Shown here: positions 34,545-43,970 of the stretch, piece by piece
Position numbering within the stretch: position 1 is the first letter of the stretch
How the letters are laid out: the number at the start of each line of letters is the position of its first letter
Origin: a virus
Lineage: Duplodnaviria; Caudoviricetes
DNA length: 64,000 nt
Virus record (IMG/VR): IMGVR_UViG_3300038679_000357
Span: 1 to 64,000 of that record
Direction: 5' to 3' (one strand)
Translations under genes and position numbers: made by a program
The notes under the pieces: model-generated
The model's database searches: none
Told to the model about the DNA's origin: nothing
The model's input: the letters and a program-made list of their open reading frames with translations, nothing else

Positions 34545-35020
34545 ATTTTTCTTCCAGGGCAATAAGTTTCAGTCTGAGAGTGACAATTAGGGCATAAGAT
34601 GCGTAAATTTTGCATTCTATTATCGCGTGAATCTCCATTTATATGGTCTAAATGCAAAACCAACTTTTTTCCCCTCCACATTGGTAGTAACCCACATTCG
34701 CTACACTCATTCTTCAGAATGTCCAATTTGAATAGCTTGTGCTTCAAATTATGAGACGTCCATCCGGGACCATCCTTTACAAGAACATCTTTTATGAATT
34801 GTTCCTTGGAACGACAACCCTTCAGGGCACTAGCTCGATTGCGCTCTGATATGTCGAAATGGGAAGTGTTTATTCCATAAGATAGAACCTTTTTGCGAAA
34901 AATCTCATAATTACTCCCTCTCGGAATAAGACCCATGGATCGCATCGCTTCAGATATTGAATTGCTTTTAGAAATTGCTTCTGCAATTTCTTCCCTACTG
35001 TATGGAGCTTTTCTTGGCAT
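34517..35020 (-). CDS. HNH homing endonuclease
   Basis: CSEC..LDHINGDSRDNRMQNLRILCPNCHSQT; stop inside the tRNA-Tyr anticodon loop. Confidence 0.85.
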   Translation of the reverse strand: MPRKAPYSREEIAEAISKSNSISEAMRSMGLIPRGSNYEIFRKKVLSYGINTSHFDISERNRASALKGCRSKEQFIKDVLVKDGPGWTSHNLKHKLFKLDILKNECSECGLLPMWRGKKLVLHLDHINGDSRDNRMQNLRILCPNCHSQTETYCPGRKMGAVPHAGL

Positions 35021-35034
35021 AAACACCTTCCTTC

Positions 35035-35111
35035 TGGTATCCCGAGTGGGACTCGAACCCACACCATTGGGAGCTTAAATCCCATGCATCTGCCAATTGT
35101 GCTACCGGGAC
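35035..35111 (-). tRNA. tRNA-Leu(TAA) without long variable arm
   Basis: TGGGA-TTTAAGC-TCCCA, 5-nt variable loop. Confidence 0.85.
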
Positions 35112-35122
35112 GATCTTGATGC

Positions 35123-35198
35123 TGGAGCCAGCGATCGGATTTGAACCGATGACATCCTGCTTACAAGGCAGGTGCTCTACCAACTGAGCTACGCAGGC
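35123..35198 (-). tRNA. tRNA-Thr(TGT)
   Basis: CCTGC-CTTGTAA-GCAGG. Confidence 0.95.
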
Positions 35199-35234
35199 AA
35201 TCTAAGATACCAATTAAATCACGAAATTCAATAT

Positions 35235-35311
35235 TGGTACCGCAGGGGGGACTCGAACCCCCAACATTCAGATTTTGAATCTGACGCGACTGCCAATTGC
35301 ACCACTGCGGC
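35235..35311 (-). tRNA. tRNA-Leu(CAA) without long variable arm
   Basis: TCAGA-TTCAAAA-TCTGA, 5-nt variable loop. Confidence 0.85.
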
Positions 35312-35317
35312 ATGAAA

Positions 35318-35394
35318 TGGTCGGTCCGGCGAGAATTGAACTCGCGACCTTCTGCTCCCAAGGCAGACGCGCTACCAAACTGCGCTACGAACCG
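35318..35394 (-). tRNA. tRNA-Pro(TGG)
   Basis: TCTGC-CTTGGGA-GCAGA. Confidence 0.95.
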
Positions 35395-35446
35395 ACTGAA
35401 AAGAAACGCTGGACGCTCTAACATTTTCTGAGCTATCTCCTGGCGC

Positions 35447-35522
35447 TGGTGGGCGGTAAAGGACTTGAACCTTTATTTTGGCGTTCGTAGCGCCATGTCC
35501 TATCCTGTTGAACGAACTGCCC
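35447..35522 (-). tRNA. tRNA-Arg(ACG)
   Basis: TGGCG-CTACGAA-CGCCA. Confidence 0.9.
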
Positions 35523-36159
35523 ATGTTGATTTTACCTTGTCAACCCATCCTTGCAATCTATTACGAAGGGTCGTATCGTTGACGGAAACAGAGACAATGC
35601 CATACTGCGATCTCCTATTGGATACTTGCTTTTTTTCTTGGAAATGTATGTCATCTTGATGAACTCCAAGGGCATCAGCCCAAAAATCTCTCAGCTTTGG
35701 CAGCTCGCTCTTCTCGCACCACAATCTAATTTTCACCCTTCTGACCGAAAACAATTTAAGATGTTCGAAGCACAATAAAATAATCAAAGGATCTGTATTG
35801 GCTACCATTACAGAGTTTTTCGATCTCCGATGTCCCTCTCCAATATAAATACACACAAAGTCTCTCACAAGGAGATTTTTCTCCATTAACACATCGGCTT
35901 CATCCCACCCTGCTTTGTACGCTGCCTCTCTCTGCAAACGCCACTTCCACTGAGTGTCTCTCCCCTTGGTCTTCTCACCATTTTTTCTCCTAGCCCTCTG
36001 CTGAATATTTTCGCCATCAATTTCAGGGACGTCCATATCTTTTATCCAGCTATAAACAGTTGCCTTAGATGCCCCGAATGTTTGTACAAGAGTAGGGAGA
36101 GACGCTCCTTGACTTCTCATTCTTCTCACTTCTTGGATAATCTCATTTCCGTATTTCAT
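35500..36159 (-). CDS. HTH plus LAGLIDADG-like putative endonuclease
   Basis: N-terminal HTH (ASKATVYSWI), CIYIGEG..NTDP; stop inside the tRNA-Arg D loop. Confidence 0.6.
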   Translation of the reverse strand: MKYGNEIIQEVRRMRSQGASLPTLVQTFGASKATVYSWIKDMDVPEIDGENIQQRARRKNGEKTKGRDTQWKWRLQREAAYKAGWDEADVLMEKNLLVRDFVCIYIGEGHRRSKNSVMVANTDPLIILLCFEHLKLFSVRRVKIRLWCEKSELPKLRDFWADALGVHQDDIHFQEKKQVSNRRSQYGIVSVSVNDTTLRNRLQGWVDKVKSTWAVRSTG

Positions 36160-36255
36160 TTGAACCTCTGAGTATTTGATTCACACGACAAATGTCGCAG
36201 GTTTACTCAGACATGATTCTGGGTGAAATATCATTTTCCCTCTTTTGAAGACTGA

Positions 36256-36332
36256 TGGTCAACATGACTGGATTTGAACCAGCGACTTCTTGCTCCCAAG
36301 GCAAGCGCTCTACCAAGCTGAGCCACATGTTG
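36256..36332 (-). tRNA. tRNA-Pro(TGG), second copy
   Basis: CTTGC-CTTGGGA-GCAAG. Confidence 0.95.
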
Positions 36333-36335
36333 ACA

Positions 36336-36478
36336 ACGGCGGACGCCGATCGTCCGCCGGTTATCAATATCGAACACAGCACTCGTTGGCGGAGAGTGCT
36401 GTAGACTACTGCAAGTTGTCAATGAACCCGCTCGATTTCACTAGGATCTCCTATCTTCGTGAGGGTCGGCAACCCTGA
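36336..36478 (-). ncRNA. structured segment between attenuator 3 and the first tRNA
   Basis: GGCGGACG/CGTCCGCC, ACAGCACTC/GAGTGCTGT, AGGGT/ACCCT. Confidence 0.45.
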
Positions 36479-36515
36479 AAAACTTGAAGCCCGGAACCTT
36501 TTGGCTCCGGGCTTC
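36478..36515 (-). terminator. terminator of attenuator 3
   Basis: GAAGCCCGGAGCC-AAAA-GGTTCCGGGCTTC then AAGTTTTT. Confidence 0.8.
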
Positions 36516-36542
36516 TTAAAGCTTCCTGGAATTTTTCCTACT

Positions 36543-36659
36543 TCACCAGGTACTCAAAAGATCGGAGCCGTCTACCGTAAGTGGTAGATAACCGAACACG
36601 AATAACCCAACATGGGCTGCTCGTGCGGCGGGCTTTTGTTCTTTTGTGGTGATAATCAT
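36543..36659 (-). CDS. leader peptide MIITTKEQKPAARAAHVGLFVFGYLPLTVDGSDLLSTW
   Basis: AAGGA SD 10 nt upstream; 38 codons; between promoter and terminator. Confidence 0.7.
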   Translation of the reverse strand: MIITTKEQKPAARAAHVGLFVFGYLPLTVDGSDLLSTW

Positions 36660-36709
36660 TTTCGGACATTCCTTAGTTGCGGCTGCATGCCGCGTTGTTT
36701 TCTGAAAAC

Positions 36710-36738
36710 AATATAGGCTCGATAAACGACATTATCAA
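36710..36738 (-). promoter_or_regulatory. promoter TTGATA-N17-TATATT
   Basis: Third copy with identical hexamers. Confidence 0.8.
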
Positions 36739-36759
36739 CCTCTACTGCAAAAAAAACTT

Positions 36760-38091
36760 TTAACTCACTGATCGAGCAAAGTTAATCGCCGCCTGACGAG
36801 CTTCCTGCAGTGTCTCGATTGGCTTCTTGCCGCATTTCCTATATGGAACGGAACTATCAGTGCAAGTTCCTTCTTCATAGAGCATATCACCGAGCTTGAA
36901 CCCGCAGATTGCCCAATGACTCCATCCATACCATTTTTTATCTTTTGTGCTATATCCGATTGAGCACACGGAATGATCAGGAGATGCTTTTTCTGGTCGA
37001 ATTCCTTTCGTGGTGCAAATGAAGTGTGCTTCCTTAGAATTTCCGATGAAATCTCCAGATGGATTATAAGCCATCCTTTCCATAACTATATCTTCGCCAT
37101 CGAGCGTCCAAACTTCATCCCGAAGAATATATCCAGATCGATAGCGACGCTCACGAATAACCTTTTTCGTTTCAACGCCACTAGCAATTTTCAAAAGTGG
37201 AATCGAATCTACACAGGCAGCGACAATGCTTACGGCGTCATCATCGCGTTCTGGAATATCGATCTCCCCCTCCTCATCAACGTCAATGTCAACAATATTT
37301 ACCTCGTTGTCGTTCGCCTGAACAGTTATCTCAACTGCTTCCGAGGTGACATAGTTCAACGCGATATACTTAACGTTCTTCTTGGATGAGCCCCAGGCAA
37401 ATATTTCAGTGGAAGCATCCCACATTCTGGATGCAAGCTGAGTAGATAGCTCTGCTGCCGCGCAAGAAGGATTTTCCATAGCGACAGGCATTACATCGAG
37501 AAACATTGGTTTCATCGCCTCAACTGCGGCAGCCAATCCGTCGAAATGTCCACGCGGAAGGGCGCATGCTTTTTTGATACCTGTAGGCATTGCTCCCATG
37601 GAAGGCAGTGAATAGAACTCTTTAATGACCCGGACAATGGAGTATTTATTGAGAGAATCTTGATGTAGTTTGATCGCTCCACCGTCTCTTACGGTCAAAG
37701 ATGCAGACATGTTCCCGTTACCAACACATCTTTGCAGGGTCATAAGTTGATCAACTGTTGGTTCTTTTCCGATCTCCACATACACATCGCCACCGACAAT
37801 AGAGAAGCGGATGCCGCCATCGCGTTCAAACATCAGTATGGCTTCATACTTTTCCAAGTATCCGTCCGTATCATACGCTTGAGCAATGGAGCCATGATCG
37901 ATATCGCGATGATACCCGCTTTCAGATCCATTGAGCATTTTTCCATCTGGAATAATCCAGATGGCCATTGATGGGTCATTCGTTACGCCGAAAAGATCCT
38001 TAGCCCTCGTCATGACATCGCCAGTAGAAATGGGTAATTCATCAGTCGGAGTGTCTTCCTGATTTTGTCCAAATTTATCAAACCAAGTCAT
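36760..38091 (-). CDS. hypothetical protein
   Basis: 443 aa ORF. Confidence 0.75.
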   Translation of the reverse strand: MTWFDKFGQNQEDTPTDELPISTGDVMTRAKDLFGVTNDPSMAIWIIPDGKMLNGSESGYHRDIDHGSIAQAYDTDGYLEKYEAILMFERDGGIRFSIVGGDVYVEIGKEPTVDQLMTLQRCVGNGNMSASLTVRDGGAIKLHQDSLNKYSIVRVIKEFYSLPSMGAMPTGIKKACALPRGHFDGLAAAVEAMKPMFLDVMPVAMENPSCAAAELSTQLASRMWDASTEIFAWGSSKKNVKYIALNYVTSEAVEITVQANDNEVNIVDIDVDEEGEIDIPERDDDAVSIVAACVDSIPLLKIASGVETKKVIRERRYRSGYILRDEVWTLDGEDIVMERMAYNPSGDFIGNSKEAHFICTTKGIRPEKASPDHSVCSIGYSTKDKKWYGWSHWAICGFKLGDMLYEEGTCTDSSVPYRKCGKKPIETLQEARQAAINFARSVS

Positions 38092-38100
38092 TGTGTCTCC

Positions 38101-38406
38101 TCAGATAGTTGGCGGCTTCCCATACATTACAGAATACATATGCAAAATCCTGTCAAATCTAGGTTTGAGAATTGGAGGAAGAAGATTCTTGAATACCGCC
38201 AACCCATCTCGATCGTTCTTTGACAATCTATCGACAATGTAATTAAATAGTAAATCATCGCACATCGTTTCCGTATGATCAATCTCTTTCTGCATTTCTG
38301 AGATAGACTGAATATACGACTTCAAATGTGCGACGACTTCATTTCTTTCGGCAGCCCGACGCTCGCGCAAGGCACTTGCCAATTCATACCTGACGTCGTC
38401 TGGCAA
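38101..38406 (-). CDS. hypothetical protein
   Basis: 101 aa ORF. Confidence 0.6.
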   Translation of the reverse strand: MPDDVRYELASALRERRAAERNEVVAHLKSYIQSISEMQKEIDHTETMCDDLLFNYIVDRLSKNDRDGLAVFKNLLPPILKPRFDRILHMYSVMYGKPPTI

Positions 38407-38442
38407 TTAAAATTTCCTATTTTGACGCCGGTTTGATCCGGA

Positions 38443-39030
38443 TCATTGAGAGGAACCGCACGAATCAATCATCGCCATCACAACATCAACCTTTTGATAA
38501 AGATCTTCAAAAGAACCGTCATTGACGACAAGAAAATCATACTTCAATTCATCAATTGCCGATTCTGAAGCATGATTTGCGATACCGGACGGCGCTCCGT
38601 TTCCAACATCTGGACGAACGACCTTAATGAAGAGTGATTTTCTACCACATTCTGCAAGATATTTCTTCAATCCATCAACTTCATTATGGAAACGGACATC
38701 AGCAATCACCGACAAGGGGCTTTTCATCGACCTGGAAACGCAATTCTTGACCCATATATTCTCATCAACTTGCACTCGGAACAATTCAGTTCCGACGAAC
38801 TGCAGTAATTTTCTTACAGTCCATCCTTCCCATCCGACAAGGGGTTCTTCACGCTTTTCCCTATCGTACATCGTCTCATTGTCGATGTCGAAAATAATTT
38901 GAACCGCTTTTTTCAGCGGATCAGCAAGGGCGATTTTTGAGAAGCCATAACGCCGAACTATGTAATCAGCTACGGTGTCTTTGCCTGAACCTGCCTTGCC
39001 AATCATTCCAATCGTGATTTGGTTATTCAT
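38443..39030 (-). CDS. deoxynucleoside monophosphate kinase
   Basis: GKAGSGKDT, RKLLQFVGTE, DVRFHNE, HASE. Confidence 0.9.
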   Translation of the reverse strand: MNNQITIGMIGKAGSGKDTVADYIVRRYGFSKIALADPLKKAVQIIFDIDNETMYDREKREEPLVGWEGWTVRKLLQFVGTELFRVQVDENIWVKNCVSRSMKSPLSVIADVRFHNEVDGLKKYLAECGRKSLFIKVVRPDVGNGAPSGIANHASESAIDELKYDFLVVNDGSFEDLYQKVDVVMAMIDSCGSSQ

Positions 39031-40067
39031 TGCTCATCTTCCTTGATTTCGATTAAATTATTATCTTCCATCATGCGAGCCCGCATCCATCGACGACATT
39101 GATTGAGAATGCGTTTATCAACGAAATCCATATGTTTGTCGACCATCATTTGACGAACATCCTTATCGTAAATACCAAGATGACGTTGTTTACTGACGTT
39201 AGACAAATATGGTAGTGCGTCATCCATGCTGATCTTCCGTCTTTTATACATATACAACCAATGCATATTAGCGACGAAAACAGCGTTTTTAGCCTTTTTC
39301 CCGATTTTTATTGGAAGTTGCTTCATCCAGTAATCAAACAAAAGCGGCGGCATCATATGCATGTACAGGGCGAGATAGAAAATACTAACGAGTAATTTCT
39401 CTGTTGGATAGCGTTTCTTATTCTGCTTGCGATCGTAAATAATTCCGAGAGCATCCAACGTTTTTTTACATGCTGGCTTCAAGGAGATATATAAAGTACC
39501 ATCAATCGAGATCAATTCTCCACCAGCAAGCATTCCGGCAAATAACTGTTCAATATTGTTTTCCTTTTTCACGAGAAGGAATGGTATACCTCGTGTTCGG
39601 ACAATGTATTTAGCCCATTTCCCAGTAAACTTCGCGAACTCTACGCGACAAGATCTAAGAAAATCAACTACCTGTTTGCGCCTCGTAACACCAACAAACT
39701 CCACAGACGGATACATAACATTTTTGCCACTGACATAAGCGCCTCCTGCAATAATGAGTCCTTCCATAAAATCACGCGAACAAGGAATATAGGTCGGCAT
39801 TGGCATTTCGGCTATTTTACGTTCAAGACGTTTTATTCCGATCGTTGTATCAACGATATCAGAGCGAATGCCCACGCACCGTTCATACAATCCATATTTT
39901 TTCCACAATGGAAGAAGAGCGGTGACGTTCTCAATTTTATCGCCGGAATTGGTGGAGAGAATATATTCGGCAATCACTTTTGTGACGTCTTCTCTATCTA
40001 CTTCAGATAATATCTTGCTTTTTTCTCTATGCATAACTAGAAGATATATCCTGTGCAGAGTTTTCAA
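39027..40067 (-). CDS. hypothetical protein with two degenerate LAGLIDADG-like helices
   Basis: FMEGLIIAGG, LFAGMLAGG. Confidence 0.6.
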   Translation of the reverse strand: MKTLHRIYLLVMHREKSKILSEVDREDVTKVIAEYILSTNSGDKIENVTALLPLWKKYGLYERCVGIRSDIVDTTIGIKRLERKIAEMPMPTYIPCSRDFMEGLIIAGGAYVSGKNVMYPSVEFVGVTRRKQVVDFLRSCRVEFAKFTGKWAKYIVRTRGIPFLLVKKENNIEQLFAGMLAGGELISIDGTLYISLKPACKKTLDALGIIYDRKQNKKRYPTEKLLVSIFYLALYMHMMPPLLFDYWMKQLPIKIGKKAKNAVFVANMHWLYMYKRRKISMDDALPYLSNVSKQRHLGIYDKDVRQMMVDKHMDFVDKRILNQCRRWMRARMMEDNNLIEIKEDEQ

Positions 40068-40101
40068 GAAAAATCAACAACATATCTGCATGTTCAGATA
40101 T

Positions 40102-41370
40102 TTAAGGATCAATACATGTGAATGTTAATGTTGGCGGGCAACTGCCAAAATAACAAGTGTTAAGCGTTGCCAAACCAACCGGGCATTCAATACTACCGAA
40201 TGTATAATTAGCGAAAAATCCTCCGGAACCAATATCTCCAGTCCACGATCCAAGTCCGCCGTAAATGCTAGATCCTGTAAGATCCCCATTCCAGGTGCAA
40301 CTGCCTTCGCTAACCCATCTTGAATAATGCTCACCTAACTCCAAACAATATAAATTTTCGCAACAATCTGTGCAATCATCAATAACTATAGAAAAAGAGG
40401 AACTACTGGATGACAAACTGGATGAGCTAAAAGATAAGCTAGATGAGCTAAAAGATAAGCTAGATGAGCTAGAAGATAAACTTGATGAGCTAGAAGATAA
40501 ACTTGATGAGCTAGAAGATAAACTTGATGAGCTGGACGACAAACTGGATGAGCTAGACGACAAACTTGACGAACTTGACGACAAACTGGATGAACTTGAC
40601 GACAAACTGAATGAGCTGGAACTACTGGACGAGCTACTGCTTGAACTTGATGTTAACGACACTGAGACTAGAAACGTAATATCATCGTCAAGATCAGAAT
40701 AAATCGATGTGAATGTGTAATATAGCCCGCCATAATAGAAAATATTGTGATCAGTCAGTTCAATTTCAACTCCATACACGACCAATACACCGTCTTCGTT
40801 TCTGACCTCAAACGGGATGCCGTTAACAAACAAGGTCATATAGCGATTTGTTTCCATATGGGATCGGAAACAAGCGAATTCGCCATCATAAAGGGCAATC
40901 GACCTTTCGTCACCTTCATTTACTAACGGACAACTAATGTAAGCGTCACTGGAAGAGCTGCTAAAAATTGGTGTTTCTGTGTAAGAGAAAGTCCAATCAA
41001 ATCCAACCTCACCTTCATTTACGCCAAGAGAAGTGGACAATCTAAGGTAAACGTAGGCAGAGCAATAGCCATCGATCATGGGAACTGATAGGGAAGTAGA
41101 CGAAGAGGAGAACTCATACGGCAATTCGCCATCAACCACTTCAAACGTATCTGATACCCAATATTTCAGAACTCCATCGTCAAGAATCAAAGATTTCGGA
41201 GGAATAACGGTAAACGTCAGATTAGATATTGAATCCACACCTTCAAAACAGACCGACAAAACAACCAGTCGGCTATCAGACCCAGGAGAAGAGGTCCCGA
41301 AGTCTACGTGTGTGATCTCACCGACCGCAGAGCCATCAAATGGATCATGTTGTCTTGTTTTTATCAGCAT
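40102..41370 (-). CDS. Ser-rich repeat protein (putative virion/surface protein)
   Basis: 422 aa, (SSSSSSL)n linker, Cys/Gly-rich C-terminus. Confidence 0.75.
   Translation of the reverse strand: MLIKTRQHDPFDGSAVGEITHVDFGTSSPGSDSRLVVLSVCFEGVDSISNLTFTVIPPKSLILDDGVLKYWVSDTFEVVDGELPYEFSSSSTSLSVPMIDGYCSAYVYLRLSTSLGVNEGEVGFDWTFSYTETPIFSSSSSDAYISCPLVNEGDERSIALYDGEFACFRSHMETNRYMTLFVNGIPFEVRNEDGVLVVYGVEIELTDHNIFYYGGLYYTFTSIYSDLDDDITFLVSVSLTSSSSSSSSSSSSSFSLSSSSSSLSSSSSSLSSSSSSLSSSSSSLSSSSSSLSSSSSSLSSSSSSLSFSSSSLSFSSSSLSSSSSSFSIVIDDCTDCCENLYCLELGEHYSRWVSEGSCTWNGDLTGSSIYGGLGSWTGDIGSGGFFANYTFGSIECPVGLATLNTCYFGSCPPTLTFTCIDP
40400..40655. repeat. 21-nt degenerate tandem repeat
   Basis: gatgagctagaagataaactt-type units. 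Confidence 0.9.
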
Positions 41371-41373
41371 TAT

Positions 41374-41553
41374 CTATTCGTGATAAAGTGGTTTCTTTTC
41401 TGGGAACAACTGCGTATCAATATAGGGAGATGGCTCACCGGGAATATATTTTGGAGCGTCCTCTTTCATATCTCGTATGCGTTTCTTCGACTCTTCTAAT
41501 TTCCGAAAAACTTTCATACCTGGAGTTTCTTCTAATTTTTCTTTTCCGCTCAT
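41374..41553 (-). CDS. 59-aa ORF ending in TAG, in frame with the Ser-rich gene
   Basis: MSGKEKLEE...PLYHE TAG ATA ATG. Confidence 0.6.
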   Translation of the reverse strand: MSGKEKLEETPGMKVFRKLEESKKRIRDMKEDAPKYIPGEPSPYIDTQLFPEKKPLYHE

Positions 41554-41606
41554 AACGTCGCACTCGCTTTCTAATTAAACATTGGAGCATCTTTTATAGT
41601 TCAATT

Positions 41607-42218
41607 TTACAACGCGACGAACCTTTCACTCAAAAATTTGGACACTCCTGCAGAATTCATTAAATAAAGATTGACGGCATGAATTCCACAGACAACCTCT
41701 GAAGTCAATCTTGGCTGCCGAATAACGTGCGTTCTTGGCTCAACATCCGCATATCGAATCGCCTCCCCATATAGAGACTGCGGCTCTGATCCTACGAGAT
41801 GTAAAATTCGACTGGACGTACAAAAATAACCAGAGATCAGAGCGTTCGTTACAGTATCCACAACATCTTTAGACACTGGATACCATTCTGACTCAGGAAG
41901 TGACTCTCCATCAATAACTCTTTGTACCGCTAAGGCGAACTCCTCAACTAATGAATGAACTCTCACAACAACCCCCTTACCATAGCGAAGAACATTTTTT
42001 TCCATAACGGAGAGAGTCTTTGACGCCATTGAGATAGGATTTACCTTGGATGACTCACTATGCATCCCGCCAACGCCAAAAACAATTGATTTAGACACAT
42101 AGAAAAAGTAATCATCAGCCGCCATTGCGGCTGTAAGAGAAAGCGACGGAAGCGAAATATTCCTTTCGATAAGGAGTGACTCGCTTCCGTCGGCAGACGT
42201 GTTGCAATAGGTAAACAA
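41607..42218 (-). CDS. hypothetical protein
   Basis: 203 aa ORF, start uncertain. Confidence 0.6.
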   Translation of the reverse strand: MFTYCNTSADGSESLLIERNISLPSLSLTAAMAADDYFFYVSKSIVFGVGGMHSESSKVNPISMASKTLSVMEKNVLRYGKGVVVRVHSLVEEFALAVQRVIDGESLPESEWYPVSKDVVDTVTNALISGYFCTSSRILHLVGSEPQSLYGEAIRYADVEPRTHVIRQPRLTSEVVCGIHAVNLYLMNSAGVSKFLSERFVAL

Positions 42219-42230
42219 ACGTTCAGTTCG

Positions 42231-42785
42231 TTAGAATAGCTCCTTGCCGGAGATTTCTTCATCTCCATCCGCATCCGCATCATCCAACAATTGCTGGAAT
42301 TGACGATTGTGATCGTCAACGCTGTTCGACTCCTTTTTTTCAGAAGTTTCTGCATGAGCTTGCGTTACGGGAAGAGTTTCAGCCACTGAGGTTGGCTGCG
42401 TAGCTGGCTTCGCTTCTTTGGTTAAAAGAGATCCGGCAAGTATTCCGTAGTTCGGAGTTGCGGGATTAACTGAAGAGGCAACAGGTTCTTGCTTCTCGAC
42501 CTCTTGACCAGGCTCGTTAGCAGAATTAGGCTCGTTAGCTGGTTCAGATTCGTTGATCTTATCATCAGTAAAAAGTGGAACTGGAATGAGATTGTATGTG
42601 ACAATCTGTTCCGACTTCACGGGGGTTAAAAACCTCGCTGGAACATATACCAACCCTGGATTCGCCTTTGCCAAATTATTAGCAGTGACAATGGCGTCCT
42701 TCTGAGAAAACGAATTTGAGGAAGTATACACCAATGTTGCGTGTGCCACATCGTAATGCAGAACGTAGAATTCTTCTTTTGCCAT
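42231..42785 (-). CDS. hypothetical protein, low-complexity C-terminus
   Basis: 184 aa, GAGG SD. Confidence 0.7.
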   Translation of the reverse strand: MAKEEFYVLHYDVAHATLVYTSSNSFSQKDAIVTANNLAKANPGLVYVPARFLTPVKSEQIVTYNLIPVPLFTDDKINESEPANEPNSANEPGQEVEKQEPVASSVNPATPNYGILAGSLLTKEAKPATQPTSVAETLPVTQAHAETSEKKESNSVDDHNRQFQQLLDDADADGDEEISGKELF

Positions 42786-42799
42786 AAAACACCTCTCTT

Positions 42800-43420
42800 T
42801 TAGAATGTGAATTCTTCACATATGTCGATTACATTACCAGCCTTTGCCTTTTCAAGACATAAGGCTAAAACATTCAATGAGCTTTTTGCATCTCCTAACC
42901 CACGATGCCCACCATGAACAATACCATATACCTTGCAAAGAGTTTCCAGCTTATGATCTGGGGAACTCAAATATTTTCTAGCAAGGATTAGAGTATCCGC
43001 GATATATATCTTACTTCCGGAAGGAAATGGATGACCAGCTCGACGACATGCAGTAACAATGAATTCGATGTCGAATTTCTTTACATTATGTCCGACAATA
43101 ACCGTTTTGAGATCAATTCCATTCCCCTTTCTCACGCCAAGGAGAAAATCACGATATCGCGGAGCCTTTTCAGCAAATGTGACAAGCCCACTTCTCTCCT
43201 CATCAGTTATGCCATGTGCTGCTAAGGCTCCGGGCTTACTGACACCACCGCCAAACATTTTGGAATGCTCCCAAGATACCCGTCCTTCAATAACCTCTAC
43301 GAGACCTATTTCAATAATTGTATCCTGATCTTTTGACACGCCAGTGGTCTCAATGTCCCCGGCTATCAAAACCGTACCTTTAGTCATCCTTATAAATTCA
43401 TCTCTATCCATTTTACCCAC
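42800..43420 (-). CDS. DEDDh 3'-5' exonuclease (DnaQ-like)
   Basis: DIETTG, GHNVKKFD, HRGLGDA. Confidence 0.9.
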   Translation of the reverse strand: MGKMDRDEFIRMTKGTVLIAGDIETTGVSKDQDTIIEIGLVEVIEGRVSWEHSKMFGGGVSKPGALAAHGITDEERSGLVTFAEKAPRYRDFLLGVRKGNGIDLKTVIVGHNVKKFDIEFIVTACRRAGHPFPSGSKIYIADTLILARKYLSSPDHKLETLCKVYGIVHGGHRGLGDAKSSLNVLALCLEKAKAGNVIDICEEFTF

Positions 43421-43970
43421 CGCCCTTTTTATCGATATTTGTTTTCTTTTCTGGAACCTTCAATAATTTGATCATATCTGCATCAGTCAATACAACTTCT
43501 TCGGTTGGCTCTTTTGGAGTATATTGTTTTACTGGCGCTGGTCGTGGCGTCCCAACAACTCCTGCGTCTACAACCCCTGAGTTCTCCGGCGGAACATGTT
43601 TTTGAGCAAATGTAAGAGGGACTTTGACTATGGGACTACCTTCTTGCGAAGAAGTGTCCTGGGGGATTGGCTGAGGGATTAGGTTGGTAGCTAGTTGAAG
43701 AATTGGTTGATCAGCTTCGTTTGCCGGGCGAGACGCACTCATGCTTTTGACTGTTTCTTTGGCGATATATTTTGCTGCTTCAACCCACTTCATAAACGAA
43801 GATTGAGGGTCATCTGAAATAATAGTCGATGGTGCTGCCGTAATGATATCATGTTCTTTTGGCATTTTTTTCAGAAGCGCCAATTCTTCCTGAGAATAAA
43901 GAATAACCACCGGTTCAGTAGATGAATTGACTACGCGAATGCCATTCGCGTCTTTTGTGACAATAATCAT
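43413..43970 (-). CDS. hypothetical protein
   Basis: 185 aa ORF. Confidence 0.65.
   Translation of the reverse strand: MIIVTKDANGIRVVNSSTEPVVILYSQEELALLKKMPKEHDIITAAPSTIISDDPQSSFMKWVEAAKYIAKETVKSMSASRPANEADQPILQLATNLIPQPIPQDTSSQEGSPIVKVPLTFAQKHVPPENSGVVDAGVVGTPRPAPVKQYTPKEPTEEVVLTDADMIKLLKVPEKKTNIDKKGGG

Noticed and set aside
27648-36478. Many 60-160 aa ORFs in the supplied track overlapping tRNAs or antisense to long genes
   Set aside because: Shadow ORFs from GC-rich structural RNA or the opposite strand, with no SD or motifs.
40400-40655. CRISPR array
   Set aside because: Contiguous coding tandem repeat with no spacers; no cas operon.
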